Of a DNA stretch of 64,000 bases, positions 62,416-64,000 are shown piece by piece (the stretch's first letter is position 1; each line of letters opens with the position of its first letter). The notes beneath the pieces are model-generated. The model was not told the DNA's origin, searched no databases, and saw nothing but the letters and a program-made list of their open reading frames with translations. This DNA comes from Psammoneis japonica (taxonomy: Eukaryota), in assembly GCA_008632985.1 (NCBI GenBank), contig QPGO01000025.1:372001-436000 (forward strand), written 5' to 3'. Both the position numbers and the translations under genes were made by a program.

Positions 62416-63174
62416 ATGATGATACCAGAAGTTGTCGTCGCTCAAACTGCACTCCCCATTCTCGTTCGTCGTGGTGGTTCGTCGGCATGGCAGGTTCTTG
62501 AGAAGCGATTCCCAATAAACCGTGTTTTCTGCATTGGTCGGAATTACAAAGAACATGCTGTAGAAATGGGAGCAGATCCGCGAGAACCTCCTTTTTTCTT
62601 CCAAAAGCCATCCAGTTCTGTGTTTGACACTTTCAGAGAAGGTGACTGTGTTGCGGAAGTTCCCTATCCATCAATGACAAAATCACTGCACTACGAAGGC
62701 GAGCTGGTGGTTGCAATCGCAAAAGAGGGTGGTGGTACAAACAGTGGTATCGCGGCGCGAGAAGCGGACTCATATATTTTTGGATACGCCGTTGGGTGCG
62801 ACTTGACACGTCGAGACCTACAGTCAGAGGCAAAGAAACGATCGCGACCCTGGTCGACTTCCAAGGGTTTCGATCACAGTGCTCCCTGTGCGCCGATCGT
62901 CCCGAAAGATCAAGTCACAGTTAGCGGCAGCACATTTCTTAAGTCGCACATCAACGGCGAGAAGCGCCAAGAGACTACTTTGGATCACATGATTTGGTCA
63001 ATTGCAGAAACGATTTCAGATCTCTCTCGCTACTTTCGTCTCATGCCTGGAGATCTCATTTTTACTGGTACCCCAGCCGGCGTAGGTGAAATCAGAGTGG
63101 GAGACTTAGTATTAATAAGTTGCGGTGAACTGCCGCATTGCGAGTTTATTGTCGGTGACTCGATAGAAAGCTAA
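62416..63174 (+). CDS. Fumarylacetoacetate hydrolase family protein (FAHD1/acylpyruvase-like)
   Basis: CIGRNYKEHAVEMG, FFFQKP, LHYEGELVV, DLTRRDLQ, KGFDHSAP, GDLIFTGTPAGVG. Confidence 0.93.
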   Translation: MMIPEVVVAQTALPILVRRGGSSAWQVLEKRFPINRVFCIGRNYKEHAVEMGADPREPPFFFQKPSSSVFDTFREGDCVAEVPYPSMTKSLHYEGELVVAIAKEGGGTNSGIAAREADSYIFGYAVGCDLTRRDLQSEAKKRSRPWSTSKGFDHSAPCAPIVPKDQVTVSGSTFLKSHINGEKRQETTLDHMIWSIAETISDLSRYFRLMPGDLIFTGTPAGVGEIRVGDLVLISCGELPHCEFIVGDSIES

Positions 63175-63479
63175 CTTGTCTGTCTAGTAGTCATACTGTG
63201 AGACTTTGTACAACTTTTGTGGAACTTTACAAAGTTAGCAAGCTGCTTATGATGGGCAAACGTGAATTAAAAAATACAATGGGATTCTGGTTACCAGTGT
63301 ACTGGGGAGTAAAACGTTCACTGGGATCCCCGTCAGCAGCGCTTTGCCGGTCGGCCGTATTCGTCATTAGCGTAATGGAGGTGGAGAGTGGCTCTTGCTC
63401 CTCATCCGTCTCGTAGCGACAATCGCGCGCTTCGCAAGCCCTGCTCATGAAGTTGTCACCTGAAGGAGCCCAATGATGA

Positions 63480-64000
63480 ACAGGGCTGAGAACAAATGCA
63501 GGCGCACGAGTCAACTGACGATGATGTCAAAGACACAGAGGACAATGAAGCAATTGGTGTTGCATGTTTTGAAGAGGACTCCTTTAGCAACTGGGCACTC
63601 TCAAGCTCTCACGTGCAGCTTCCATTCCTGTGACCATTGAGTGAACGAGGACATGTGTGAAGAAAGAAGCTGTTGATGTGATGTTTTGTGGTGGCTGCTG
63701 TTGTCACTCAACAATTGTCTCTTCTTGAAACCTCATGACACATTTGTGCTTTGGGTGGACCTTTGTTGTTGAGTTCATTGTTCTGTTGATGCAGTCTCTT
63801 CAATTGTGCACAAAATGACCTCACACAGCCAAGTTTGAAGTTGTTCTTGCCAAATGCAGACAGAAGGAGCTCAGCATCAAGCTGCTGCATTTGCAATTGT
63901 TGCAGAGCCCAGCAAGTGAGCAAAGAGCCTCTTGACAAGCCAGCTCCAACTCATGAAGTTTGCGCAGCCAAACTTTTTGGTTTTCGGTCTGGCCCTTTTT
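63480..64000. repeat. Start of another TpA/CpG-depleted repeat block
   Basis: Abrupt near-absence of TA and CG after ~63480. Confidence 0.55.

Overview
Eukaryotic genomic DNA, most likely a diatom (inferred from short GT-AG introns and the gene families). Gene islands alternate with transposon-rich blocks. Host genes: a TLC/NTT-like transporter, MYND finger protein, HSP20, Spinster-like MFS transporter, DUF2892/YgaP-like protein, mitochondrial mL54, SYLF/Ysc84 protein, FAH-family hydrolase and several hypotheticals. Mobile DNA: four delimitable Ty3/Gypsy LTR retrotransposons of two families (one nested, with three LTRs), an older Gypsy relic, a decayed ISL2EU/Harbinger-like element carrying an XPG/Exo1-like nuclease ORF, two long-inverted-repeat elements, a 7-bp satellite and a palindromic GC-rich array. 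The main result is a repeat-targeted hypermutation signature. Inside repeats and duplicated segments almost every TpA is converted to TpG or CpA (A:T to G:C, the opposite direction to fungal RIP), alongside ordinary CpG decay. Single-copy genes and gene-adjacent element edges are spared. The clearest proof is one LTR pair in which 12 of 12 TpA sites are destroyed in the 3' copy, plus systematic Tyr to Cys/His replacement in conserved RT/RNaseH/IN motifs. Most short ORFs in the supplied track within these blocks are artefacts of TAA/TAG depletion. All alignments and counts were done by eye.
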